A stretch of DNA of 64,000 bases. It comes from an uncultured Clostridia bacterium (GTDB taxonomy: Bacteria; Bacillota; Clostridia; Christensenellales; Aristaeellaceae). Under the pieces are notes generated by a model that saw nothing but the letters and a program-made list of their open reading frames with translations, had not been told where the DNA came from and ran no database searches. Position numbers and translations under genes: made by a program. Of the stretch, positions 1 to 8,803 are shown piece by piece (position 1 is the stretch's first letter; each line of letters starts with the position of its first letter). The DNA lies in the NCBI GenBank assembly GCA_934630975.1, contig CAKTXH010000002.1, positions 2,507 through 66,506 on the forward strand. The letters run 5' to 3'.

Positions 1-194
1 GTCATGATCGTCACCTCCACGCGTCCCGCTCCCTCCACGCGGGATAAAACCTCCGACGCCTGCTTTTCAAGCCTGTCCATTCCGCTCGTCCCTTCCCGCA
101 GGGCGCAATAGCTGATCATCAAAAACGCAAGGAGCAGCAGCAGAAGCACCTGCGACGTGAGCGCCGCCTTGATCCTTCTGAACCAATCCGCCAC
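1..194 (-). CDS. spoIIIAG: Stage III sporulation protein AG, N-terminal part (runs off the window)
   Basis: GTG at 194 lies 7 nt after GAAAGGAGG (202-210, minus strand). My translation is VADWFRRIKAALTSQVLLLLLLAFLMISYCALREGTSGMDRLEKQASEVLSRVEGAGRVEVTIMT, giving a TM helix plus the VEGAGxVxV motif typical of SpoIIIAG. It sits after spoIIIAF in operon order. Not in the ORF track because it has no stop in the window. Confidence 0.7.
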   Translation of the reverse strand, partial: MADWFRRIKAALTSQVLLLLLLAFLMISYCALREGTSGMDRLEKQASEVLSRVEGAGRVEVTIM

Positions 195-209
195 GCCGCA
201 GCCTCCTTT

Positions 210-419
210 CTATTTCATCATGCAATCCAGAATGGCTTCCACGCTCGTCGCCTGCGCCAGCGCCGCCCACAGGGTATATACGCCGTCCAGCGTCAGGTGC
301 AGCATCAGCAGCCCGCCGATCATCCGCAGGCTTCCCTTCGCGTCGCTTTCGCCCAGCGCCATCTGGATAATTGCGGTCAGGGCGCAAAGCGTGCACAGCC
401 GCGCCATCAGGGTCATCAC
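210..419 (-). CDS. spoIIIAF: Short SpoIIIAF-like membrane protein (69 aa, transmembrane part only)
   Basis: Sits between spoIIIAE and spoIIIAG. Two hydrophobic segments (LCTLCALTAIIQMAL, MIGGLLMLHLTL) resemble the N-terminal TM hairpin of SpoIIIAF. No room remains for the soluble ring-building domain. Confidence 0.55.
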   Translation of the reverse strand: MMTLMARLCTLCALTAIIQMALGESDAKGSLRMIGGLLMLHLTLDGVYTLWAALAQATSVEAILDCMMK

Positions 420-434
420 GCGCCCCGCCTCCCC

Positions 435-1595
435 TCATCGCAGCAGCACCGTCAGGTTGCCGACCAGCAGCACCTGCACAATCAGCAGAAAATACATCGT
501 TCCGACGCACAGCATCGTGATAAAAAACAGCACGACCGTTCTTGAAAAATCCCCAATGGCGCAGACAATATCGCCGTCCGCGACCGGCTCGAGCAGAGCC
601 GCGCTCAGCCGCAGCATGAACACCACCGCCAGTGTGCGCAGAAGCGGGCCAAGCAGCGCGCCGACCAGCACGAGCACCGCTGCCACGCCCAGCGCGTTTT
701 TGACAATCAGCGTACATCCCACCAGCGTATCCATCGTATCGGAAAACATGCCGCCGACAACCGGCACAAAGTTGTCCACCGCGTATTTGGCCGCGCGGAT
801 CGCCACGCCGTCGATGCTGGCGCTCGTCACGCCTTGCAGCGACATCGCCCCGAGGAACACCGTGAAGCTCACGCCCAGCAGCCAGCAGACCGCCCCGCGC
901 AAAAGCTGCGCCATCCGGGTCAGGTGCGCCCGGTCGGATAGATGGTTCACCGCCGTCACCGCACAGGTGCACATCACCAGCCGCAGGATCACCTCCCGCG
1001 CCAGAAACACCATGCTCCCGGAGGCCGCCGCGACCATCGGGTGCAGAAACGCCGACGACGCGCTTCCGCCCAGCGCCGTGAGCAGGGTCAGCAGCATCGG
1101 CAGAAGCCTTTCCATGTGGCGCGTCATGGTCACGATGGTCTGCCGCGTATGCGACAGCTCGCCGAGCGTCACGACGATCACGGGCATCAGCACCAGCACA
1201 AAGCAGGCGCTCCTGCTCATGGCCGCAAGCGAATCCGATTGCGGCGCAAGCGTATGAATCAGCAGGCTGGCCAGCACAACCGGCAGCATGATGGAAAGCA
1301 TCATCCGAAACAGCGCGCCGACCTCCTGCGTAAACACGCCGAGCACCGCCGTCAGCGCGTCGTCCGCCGACAGGCTTTCCCCGCCTGCGAGCGCGCGCAC
1401 CGTCTGTTCAAGCGTTTGGCGTTCCGGCCAGCCGGGCACATCCAGCGTGATATCCTCAACCGCCGCAAAATTCACGCCGTCCATCACGCGCTCAATGCCC
1501 GCCGCAACCTGTTCGTTCGCATCCTTTGCCTCTTCCGCCGCAGCAGCCGTCGGAAGCAGCAGCGCAAGCAGAAAAAGCGCCGCAAGCCGTTTCAT
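435..1595 (-). CDS. spoIIIAE: Stage III sporulation protein AE
   Basis: Start trimmed to MKRLAALFLLALLLPTAAAA (signal peptide), with an ATGA overlap on the spoIIIAD stop at 1592-1595. Polytopic membrane protein in conserved operon context. Confidence 0.9.
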   Translation of the reverse strand: MKRLAALFLLALLLPTAAAAEEAKDANEQVAAGIERVMDGVNFAAVEDITLDVPGWPERQTLEQTVRALAGGESLSADDALTAVLGVFTQEVGALFRMMLSIMLPVVLASLLIHTLAPQSDSLAAMSRSACFVLVLMPVIVVTLGELSHTRQTIVTMTRHMERLLPMLLTLLTALGGSASSAFLHPMVAAASGSMVFLAREVILRLVMCTCAVTAVNHLSDRAHLTRMAQLLRGAVCWLLGVSFTVFLGAMSLQGVTSASIDGVAIRAAKYAVDNFVPVVGGMFSDTMDTLVGCTLIVKNALGVAAVLVLVGALLGPLLRTLAVVFMLRLSAALLEPVADGDIVCAIGDFSRTVVLFFITMLCVGTMYFLLIVQVLLVGNLTVLLR

Positions 1596-1972
1596 TGCAG
1601 CGCGCCGACCGCCATTTGCGTCAGCTTGAGAAAAATCGGGAGGGACACGCCCAGCAGCATCAGCCGCCCGCAAAGCTCCGCGCGGCAGGCAATCGACGGC
1701 GCATCCATATCCCGGCAGACCTGCGCGGCGAACTGCGTCATCAGCACAATGCCCATCGCCTTGAGCATCGTCTGCCCATATACCGCATCCAGCGATAATT
1801 CGGATAGAAAATCCCGAATCTGCGCCGCGTATTCGCCCACGGCGGGCAGCAGCATCGAAAGCGTCATCGCGCCGAACGCCACGCACAGCAGCGCCGCAGC
1901 GCCCGGGTTCATCTGCCGCAAAAGCATCGTCATCACCGCCGCAAGCAGACAGAAACCAATCAGCCGAACCAT
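1592..1972 (-). CDS. spoIIIAD: Stage III sporulation protein AD
   Basis: 126-aa polytopic membrane protein in the spoIIIA operon position. Family resemblance (MGIVLMTQFAAQVCRD). Confidence 0.9.
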   Translation of the reverse strand: MVRLIGFCLLAAVMTMLLRQMNPGAAALLCVAFGAMTLSMLLPAVGEYAAQIRDFLSELSLDAVYGQTMLKAMGIVLMTQFAAQVCRDMDAPSIACRAELCGRLMLLGVSLPIFLKLTQMAVGALQ

Positions 1973-1984
1973 GATGCGCCTCCC

Positions 1985-2182
1985 TTAATACAAGCCGAAA
2001 ATGCTTTTGACGTTGTTGAGCAGCTGCGCCACCAGATCCACCACCAGAAACATCACCACGACCAGCCCCGCTACCGAGGCCAGCACGGCGATATCTTCCC
2101 TGCCCGCCTTTTGCAACACCTGATTCACCGCGAAAATCAGAATACCGACGCCCGCAATCTGAAACAGCAGATCAATGTTCAT
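1985..2182 (-). CDS. spoIIIAC: Stage III sporulation protein AC
   Basis: 65-aa two-TM protein, MNIDLLFQIAGVGILIFAVNQVLQKAGRED, typical of SpoIIIAC. Confidence 0.9.
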   Translation of the reverse strand: MNIDLLFQIAGVGILIFAVNQVLQKAGREDIAVLASVAGLVVVMFLVVDLVAQLLNNVKSIFGLY

Positions 2183-2194
2183 CCCACGCCTCCC

Positions 2195-2716
2195 TTAGAT
2201 CAGCATCAGAAACGCCGCCGCGCCGCCCGTCACGCCCAGCGTGCGAATCATCTGCGCCCGTCTGGCCGCATTCTGGCGAAGGCTCTCCTCCCGCTGGCGC
2301 AGGCGCTCGTCCGCGTCGGAAAGAATCCGAATTTGCTCGTCAAGCCCCGTTCGGCCAAGTTCGGCCAGCACCTGTTCAAACGCGCTTTTGTCCGTTTCGG
2401 CCAGCACGCCATAGCTGGGCGTTTTGCCCACCTCGCGCACAAAAAGTTCGATGAGCTGCGGGTTGGCGCTGTTTTCCATCCGTTCGCCGCATAGACGCAG
2501 CAGCCTTGTCAATTCCCTTTGCTCACGCGTCGCGCGCAAATCCATCCCTTTGAGCAGCGCCGCCAGCGGCAGCCGCTCATAGCGAATCACGTCGTTCATC
2601 CGCAGGATGCAGCGCCGCATCGCCTGAATCCAGCGAACGCGCCGCATTTCGCCGTCTGCCGCCGCAAAGCCGATTGCGCTAAGCGAAATCATCGCCATTA
2701 CCGCCGTATCCCACAT
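2195..2716 (-). CDS. spoIIIAB: Stage III sporulation protein AB
   Basis: Start trimmed to MWDTAVMAM (ATG at 2716) behind the RBS GGGAGAAGGGA. The spoIIIAA stop is at 2733. N-terminal TM helix plus a helical soluble domain. Confidence 0.85.
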   Translation of the reverse strand: MWDTAVMAMISLSAIGFAAADGEMRRVRWIQAMRRCILRMNDVIRYERLPLAALLKGMDLRATREQRELTRLLRLCGERMENSANPQLIELFVREVGKTPSYGVLAETDKSAFEQVLAELGRTGLDEQIRILSDADERLRQREESLRQNAARRAQMIRTLGVTGGAAAFLMLI

Positions 2717-2732
2717 CTGTCCCTTCTCCCTT

Positions 2733-3662
2733 CTAAAGCGGCTTTCCTTCCGCGTCATATGCCGCCGCAAGCCGCCCGTGGCGCCCGAGCAGCAGATACC
2801 GCTCAAACACGGCCGCATCGTACAGCCTTTTTAAGACCGGGCGGCGAAGAACGTCCTCCCAGGTTCCGGCATGCGCGCTGGCCATCAGGCCGATTCCGCA
2901 TCTTGCCGCGTTCTCAAGCGCCTGCGCATCCCGCTCATTGCCGATTTCGTCGCAAAGCATTGCCTGCGGCGCCATTGCGCGCAAAAGCATCTCCATCGCC
3001 GTCGCCTTGTCCACGCCGCGCATCACGTCCAGGCCCATTTCCGCCGTTCCCGTCGGAAAAAGCTCCTCCCGCTCGTCGCAGACCGCCACCCGGAACCCCA
3101 TACCCGCCAGCCTTTTCGCCGCGTCGCGCAGAACCGTCGTCTTGCCGCATCCCGGCGGGCCGAAAAGCAGCGCCCGCCGAATTCTTCCGTTCTCCTCTGC
3201 GACATGCGGCAAAACGCTTTCGCTCGCCCCCGGAACGTCTCTGGCTATGCGGATACACACGGACGTCGGCGACGAAAGCCGCCTGTTTCCATGTTCATCC
3301 CGCGTCACGCGTCCGCACACGCCCGCGCGGCAGCCGTTTTCCAGCGGAATATATCCCTGCGCCAGCTGCGTTTCATAGGCATAGCGCGAATAGCCGCAGA
3401 GCGCCGTCACCAGCTCGTCCACATCCTGCGGCGAAAAAACGACGTCCTGCGCTTCGCTCTGCCCGTCAAATACGAAGCAGGCGTTCTGCCCGGCGTAAAA
3501 CCGCATCTCCTCCAGCCGCCGCGCCTGCTTTATCGGCAGATCCAGCAGGCATTTCGCCGCCTTGGGCGACATGCGCGCGGCCAGCGCCCGCCGTTCCTCC
3601 TCCAGCGGCCCACCCCCCTTATCGACGCAAAAAACGCAGAGGTTTCGTTCCTCTGCGTTCAT
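2733..3662 (-). CDS. spoIIIAA: Stage III sporulation protein AA (AAA+/secretion-type ATPase)
   Basis: Walker A motif GPPGCGKTT. First gene of the spoIIIA operon. Confidence 0.9.
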   Translation of the reverse strand: MNAEERNLCVFCVDKGGGPLEEERRALAARMSPKAAKCLLDLPIKQARRLEEMRFYAGQNACFVFDGQSEAQDVVFSPQDVDELVTALCGYSRYAYETQLAQGYIPLENGCRAGVCGRVTRDEHGNRRLSSPTSVCIRIARDVPGASESVLPHVAEENGRIRRALLFGPPGCGKTTVLRDAAKRLAGMGFRVAVCDEREELFPTGTAEMGLDVMRGVDKATAMEMLLRAMAPQAMLCDEIGNERDAQALENAARCGIGLMASAHAGTWEDVLRRPVLKRLYDAAVFERYLLLGRHGRLAAAYDAEGKPL

Positions 3663-3683
3663 CTTATGTCGGGTATACGGATT

Positions 3684-4832
3684 TTAGCCCACTTCAACAA
3701 CTTCCGTGCCTTCGATAGCGGCGGCAATCAAGGCTTCGCTGTCCAGCGCCTCCTCGGCTTTTTCAATCAGCGCGATGCGCGGGTGCGTCGCCGGATGCTT
3801 CGGGGTAAAGACCGTACAGCAATCCTCATACGGCAGGGAGGAGGTTTCAAACGTGCCGATCTTCTGCGCGCGCTCGATAATTTCGCTCTTATCCATGCCG
3901 ATAGCCGGACGGAAAACCGGCATATCGACCACCGCATCCGTGCAGCCGAGCGCCTCCATCGTCTGGCTGGCAACCTGGCCGATGGATTCGCCGGTGATCA
4001 GCGCCTGCGCGCCGTCCTGACGGGCGATGATCTCGGCGATGCGCATCATGTAGCGGCGCATGATGAGCGTCGTATAGTTCTCCGGGCACTTGGCGTGAAT
4101 CTGCATTTGAATCTCGGTAAACGGCACGACATGCACGCGCATCCTGCCGCAGTATTCGCTCAGCAGCCGCGCCAGTTCGAGCACCTTTTCCCGCGCGCGC
4201 TCGCTGGTATACGGGAAGGAATGATAGTGCACACAGCAAAGCTCCACGCCGCGCTTGGCGATCATGAAACCCGCTACCGGGCTGTCGATGCCGCCGGAGA
4301 GCAACAGGCACGCCTTGCCGTTGGTGCCCATCGGCATGCCCTCCACGGCGGGGATGCGCTTTACGGACAGATACGCGTGGTCGCGGATCTCGATCATCAT
4401 CGTGTGATCCGGGTTGTTGACGTCCACGGTCAACTGCGGCACATGGTCGAGGATGTAGCCGCCCGCCTCGCGCATAATCGCCGGAGAATCGAGCGGATAG
4501 CGCTTATCGGAACGGCGCGCCAGCACTTTGAACGTGCCGGAAAGCGGCTCCATCATCTTGGCCGCCTGCTCGCAGATCGCCTCGAAATTCTCCTTATCCA
4601 TTTCAATGGCCGGGCTGACGGAATGAACGCCGAACACGCGCGTCACACGGCGGATACATTCGTCCATATCCGTAAAATCGGATACATAGAAGCGTCCTTC
4701 GCTCATCCAGACGCGGCCATTCACCGGGCGCACGGCCTGACGGATGTGATCCATCAGCTTTTTCATAAAGAACGGGCGGTTCTGCCCCTTCAAAAACACC
4801 TCGCCGAAGCGAACCAACAGGATTTCTCTCAC
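3684..4832 (-). CDS. thiI: tRNA uracil 4-sulfurtransferase ThiI (no rhodanese domain)
   Basis: N-terminal ferredoxin-like/THUMP region (MREILLVRFGEVFLKGQNR) and PP-loop motif LLLSGGIDSPVA. 382 aa, the Firmicute short form. Confidence 0.9.
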   Translation of the reverse strand: MREILLVRFGEVFLKGQNRPFFMKKLMDHIRQAVRPVNGRVWMSEGRFYVSDFTDMDECIRRVTRVFGVHSVSPAIEMDKENFEAICEQAAKMMEPLSGTFKVLARRSDKRYPLDSPAIMREAGGYILDHVPQLTVDVNNPDHTMMIEIRDHAYLSVKRIPAVEGMPMGTNGKACLLLSGGIDSPVAGFMIAKRGVELCCVHYHSFPYTSERAREKVLELARLLSEYCGRMRVHVVPFTEIQMQIHAKCPENYTTLIMRRYMMRIAEIIARQDGAQALITGESIGQVASQTMEALGCTDAVVDMPVFRPAIGMDKSEIIERAQKIGTFETSSLPYEDCCTVFTPKHPATHPRIALIEKAEEALDSEALIAAAIEGTEVVEVG

Positions 4833-4836
4833 CGTT

Positions 4837-5988
4837 TTATCTCCTTTTAAACTGGCGAAGCATGCGATAAAGCGCCAGCATGTGCCGCGCCGCCTCGTCC
4901 ATTTCGTCCATCGTGTTCATTGCGCCCAGGCTCACGCGAACCGTTCCGTCCGCCTGCGCCTGAGACAGCCCCATCGCGCGCAGCGTCGGGCTGACCTTTT
5001 GCTTATGGGAAGCGCAGGCCGATCCCGTGGAAACCAACACGCCCTCGCCTTCCAACGCGTTTCGCATCACTTCGCCGCGCACACCGTCAAAGGACAGGCT
5101 GAGGATGTGCGGCGCGCTGTCCGCATCTCCCGGTTTCGGGCCGTTGAGGCGGATGCCTTCCTCCTGCGAAAGCACCGCCCACAGGTGCGTTTTCATCGCG
5201 CGCATCCGCTCCACGGCCTCTTTATCCGCCGCGAAGGTTTTCACGGCCTCGCCCAGCCCCAGAATGGCCGGGGAATTATACGTGCCGGAGCGCAGGCCCT
5301 TTTCCTGCCCGCCGCCCGTGATCTGCGGAATCAGCCGAATTCCCGGCCGCACCGCCAGCACGCCGATCCCCTTCGGGCCGTGAATCTTGTGTCCGCTCAG
5401 CGCGTACAAATCCACGCCCATGCGCTCCATGTGCATCGGCACGCGCATGAAGCCCTGTACGCCGTCCACGTGGATCCGCACGTTCGGATTCTTTCTGCGC
5501 GCCAGCTTGGCCAGCTCCTCCACCGGCTGAATCGCGCCGGTTTCGTTGCTCACCTGCATGCAGCTCACCAGCGCCGTATGCTCGTCGATCACCGTCTCGC
5601 AGGCGGCCAGATCGACCACGCCGCGCGCGTCAATCGGCAGCACGCGCACGGTATGCCCCATCTGTTCTACGCGGTGGATGGTTTCCGCCACCGCCGGGTG
5701 CTCAATCGCGCTGCAAACAAAATTCGCGCTCTGGCGCAGCGTCGCCGCCACGCCGAGAATCGCAAGATTGTCGCTTTCCGTGCCGCCGCCGGTGAAAATC
5801 ACGCCGTTTTCCTGAATTCCAAGCTGCGCGGCAATCGCCCTGCGGCAATCGCGCATCGCCCGATCCACATCGACGGCGGGCTTGTACGCCGCGGAGGCGT
5901 TAAAATAGTTTTCGCGCATGCAGCGATCCATCGCGTCGATCACGCTGTCAAACGGGCGCGTCGTCGCGCTGTTATCCAAATAAATCAT
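4837..5988 (-). CDS. Cysteine desulfurase, NifS/IscS class (NifZ-like partner of ThiI)
   Basis: MIYLDNSATTRP start, PLP-lysine region SGHKIHGPKGIG, and active-site loop STGSACAS. Lies 4 nt upstream of thiI, as in the B. subtilis nifZ-thiI pair. Confidence 0.9.
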   Translation of the reverse strand: MIYLDNSATTRPFDSVIDAMDRCMRENYFNASAAYKPAVDVDRAMRDCRRAIAAQLGIQENGVIFTGGGTESDNLAILGVAATLRQSANFVCSAIEHPAVAETIHRVEQMGHTVRVLPIDARGVVDLAACETVIDEHTALVSCMQVSNETGAIQPVEELAKLARRKNPNVRIHVDGVQGFMRVPMHMERMGVDLYALSGHKIHGPKGIGVLAVRPGIRLIPQITGGGQEKGLRSGTYNSPAILGLGEAVKTFAADKEAVERMRAMKTHLWAVLSQEEGIRLNGPKPGDADSAPHILSLSFDGVRGEVMRNALEGEGVLVSTGSACASHKQKVSPTLRAMGLSQAQADGTVRVSLGAMNTMDEMDEAARHMLALYRMLRQFKRR

Positions 5989-6041
5989 GGTTTCTCCCCT
6001 CGGAAAGAAAGCTCCGAACGCTCGCGCGCCGGAGAAATCGC

Positions 6042-6575
6042 TCAGCCCTGATAAACGCCGACGGGCAGATAGCGGCAGATCATTTCCACCATTTCCTCGC
6101 TCGGCTCGATGATGATCATGTGCTTTTTGCTTTCCTTGACATAATAGAAATAGAACAGGTTGCCGTCGCGGTTGGAAAACCAGTTCTTCTTTTCCACGTC
6201 CTTCATTGCCAGAAAGCGGCGGAAGCTGTCCCCGGCCACATGGCCGCAGGCGGAAACGTTCTTGACGTTCATGCTGCCCAATTCCTTGCGCTTGGCCTGA
6301 CGATAAACCTTCGCAAAATCCAGCGAACCGTTGGTGAACGTGTATTCGTATTCCACCTTGAGGTTATCCTTGAGGAAAAACAGCAGCACGGCGCAGGCAG
6401 CCGCCATCAGCGCTGTGATGAGCGTCACCACGCTGAACTGCACCATCACCACTTGCAGCATCATCAGCGCATACGCGCCGAAGAGCACGACAACCACCCA
6501 GCAGAGCGCATAGAGCACATTGGCCAGCCCTTTGGAATGTGGGCTGACAATGTCCTCCTTAAAATTATCCATCAT
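6042..6575 (-). CDS. Hypothetical two-TM membrane protein
   Basis: Two long hydrophobic helices followed by a soluble beta-rich tail. I recognise no motif. Coding-like codon usage. Confidence 0.55.
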   Translation of the reverse strand: MMDNFKEDIVSPHSKGLANVLYALCWVVVVLFGAYALMMLQVVMVQFSVVTLITALMAAACAVLLFFLKDNLKVEYEYTFTNGSLDFAKVYRQAKRKELGSMNVKNVSACGHVAGDSFRRFLAMKDVEKKNWFSNRDGNLFYFYYVKESKKHMIIIEPSEEMVEMICRYLPVGVYQG

Positions 6576-6764
6576 AAACGCAAGACCTCCGAATCTTTTG
6601 CTTTTTATTATAGCACCAAACGCGCCGATACTTCAACCCCCACAAAGGAATCGTTTCCGCTTCGTGCGGAAAAAAGAGGATTTCCGCACACTGACCGCGA
6701 ATTAAAAATTGTTTAACCGTTTTTTCTGTTCTCAATCGAACCCATTTTCGGAGGTTTTGCATCA

Positions 6765-8762
6765 ATGAAATGCCCCAAATGCGGCGCATGGAACGCAGCT
6801 TATCTGCCCAAATGTACCCAATGCGGCGCGCCGCTCCCGAAAGCCGAGGACGGCCCCGCCGCGTGGGAGGAATCCCTGCACAAGAAAAAACCGTCGCTCG
6901 AAGTGACGACGTTTGATGAAAAAGACGAATTAAACGCAGCCCAGCCAGACGCGCAGGCGGAAAACGCTGGCTTTGATCCGGAAGACCTTGACCGCGCGCA
7001 GCTGACCGACGAGCTGGAAGATTTGAAAAAGCGCCGGGAGGACGGCAAAAAACGCATCCGCCAGATGCGCCAGCAGGCCGACCACATCCGCCGCTCCCTT
7101 CAGGAGGCGCAGATTGTCCGCCCCATGCCCGAGGCCGACGACCTTTCCGCCGGATACAGCGGGGACAGCGCGGCCATCCGCCGCCGTCAGCAGCAAAAGC
7201 AGGCTGCCTACACCCAGTCGGAGACGGAGGATGCGCCGCCCGAGGATGAATACGGCTACTTCGGCAACCCCGCGCACGAGCACCCGCTGGCCTATGACGA
7301 CGACGACCCGCATGCGCCGATCTATTACGACGGCTACACGCCCGATCCCGGCGATCAGGGCGCGCTGACGGATGACGAATATATGCCCCGGCGTGTGCAG
7401 ACGCGCCCGACTTACACGGAGCAGGATACGCGCAGCCCAGGCCAGCGCAGAAGAAGCCCGCTTCGCATCATTCTGACCATCCTGCTTCTGCTGCTCGGCT
7501 GCGGCGCGATGGGCGTGGGCGGCGTACTGATTGCGCGTCATTTCGTGCTCTCGCAGGGCATGCAGGTGCGCAACGACAACGAAACCCGCGTTGAACTGAC
7601 CGCCACCACTGTGGACGATCACCCCGCGCACACCATCACCATCTATGGCCGCGAAAACGCCACCGTCTACCTGCGGGAGATGCAGACCTCCTACGTCATC
7701 GCCGACGGCAAGGTTTCCATCACCGTGCCGGATTATATGTGGTACGACACCGAATCTTCCACCTATGCGACGGCGGTGGAAACCGATACGATGGATATTT
7801 CCATCACGCCCTACATCCGCTATTCGCAGGAGGGCGACCAGTACCAGCTCGACCCGATTGAATACACCATCGACGTGCCGCTCTCGCCGATTCGGCTTGT
7901 AAAGCCTGCGACGGTGCGCGCGGAGGTCGGCGTTTCGATCTACGAAGTGCAGATCAACGTGGAAAAAGGTTCCACCGTCATCATCGACGGCACGAACGTC
8001 TCCACTCTGATTCGCGAAACGGGCAACGTTTCCAAGAACGTGCAGGTTCTGCCCGTCGGCGATAACACGATTTCCATCTCCGTCAAGAGCAAATACTGCC
8101 GCGAAAACAAGATGGAAGTTACGCTCTACCGCGCCGAGCAGGAAATCCCGCTTGAGCTGGACGCCACCGTGCTCGTGGAATGGAACTACGAACCGATTTC
8201 CGCCGAGAAATACGCCGCCGCCACGGATGAGGAAAAAGCCGCCATGCATATTCCCTCCATCAGCGGCACGACGCTTCCCGGGGCGACCATCACCGTCGAT
8301 TTCCCGCACCGCAATCTGGAAGTCGATCCGGCCACGGGGCGCTTCAGCTTCATCCCGCTGTTCTCCCAGCTGGGCAACAACGACGTGGTGATTCGCGCCT
8401 CCTACGAGGGCAGAGCCGACTCCGTGATCACCCACACCGTGTATTACATGCCCAACGCCGATATCTACACCCGCCGCGCATGGGATCTGGACGCGCAGTA
8501 TACCGATCTGGTGAATTACATCACCATGCGCAAGGGCACGATCTACATGGGCACGGGCACGATCACCCGCATCGTCAGCACCACCCCGCAGATGGCCATC
8601 ATGAACATCGGCACGGACAACTTTGAAAAGCTGGTCATGCTGGAAAACAGTTCCAAGACGACATGGACGGTCGGCACCAAATACCGCATTTACGGCGAGG
8701 CCTACGGCCTGTACGATACCATGCCGCGCCTGACCGTGCGATACACCTATCTGGTCGAATAA
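6765..8762 (+). CDS. Zinc-ribbon / single-pass membrane protein with a large extracytoplasmic beta-rich domain
   Basis: N-terminal CPKCGx11CTQCG zinc ribbon, an acidic coiled-coil linker, the TM helix LRIILTILLLLLGCGAMGVGGVLIA, then about 420 aa rich in T/V/Y/I. Confidence 0.7.
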   Translation: MKCPKCGAWNAAYLPKCTQCGAPLPKAEDGPAAWEESLHKKKPSLEVTTFDEKDELNAAQPDAQAENAGFDPEDLDRAQLTDELEDLKKRREDGKKRIRQMRQQADHIRRSLQEAQIVRPMPEADDLSAGYSGDSAAIRRRQQQKQAAYTQSETEDAPPEDEYGYFGNPAHEHPLAYDDDDPHAPIYYDGYTPDPGDQGALTDDEYMPRRVQTRPTYTEQDTRSPGQRRRSPLRIILTILLLLLGCGAMGVGGVLIARHFVLSQGMQVRNDNETRVELTATTVDDHPAHTITIYGRENATVYLREMQTSYVIADGKVSITVPDYMWYDTESSTYATAVETDTMDISITPYIRYSQEGDQYQLDPIEYTIDVPLSPIRLVKPATVRAEVGVSIYEVQINVEKGSTVIIDGTNVSTLIRETGNVSKNVQVLPVGDNTISISVKSKYCRENKMEVTLYRAEQEIPLELDATVLVEWNYEPISAEKYAAATDEEKAAMHIPSISGTTLPGATITVDFPHRNLEVDPATGRFSFIPLFSQLGNNDVVIRASYEGRADSVITHTVYYMPNADIYTRRAWDLDAQYTDLVNYITMRKGTIYMGTGTITRIVSTTPQMAIMNIGTDNFEKLVMLENSSKTTWTVGTKYRIYGEAYGLYDTMPRLTVRYTYLVE

Positions 8763-8766
8763 AAAC

Positions 8767-8802
8767 AAATCCTCCTCTGGCAGCCGCCGGGGAGGATTTT
8801 TG
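8767..8802. terminator. Bidirectional intrinsic terminator between convergent genes
   Basis: AAATCCTCC (8767-8775) pairs with GGAGGATTT (8791-8799). A/T runs on both sides. Confidence 0.6.
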
Positions 8803-8803
8803 C

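Noticed and set aside
3663-3760. Sigma-E-type sporulation promoter upstream of spoIIIAA
   Set aside because: It is expected biologically, but the only candidate (GTATAC near 3675) is a poor match and would sit within the end of thiI. I cannot support it from sequence alone.
6930-8768. 612-aa ORF antisense to the zinc-ribbon membrane protein gene
   Set aside because: Its composition is dominated by R/G/A/V/H runs, which is typical of the reverse frame of GC-rich genes. It has no motifs. The plus-strand frame has a zinc ribbon, a TM helix and an RBS.
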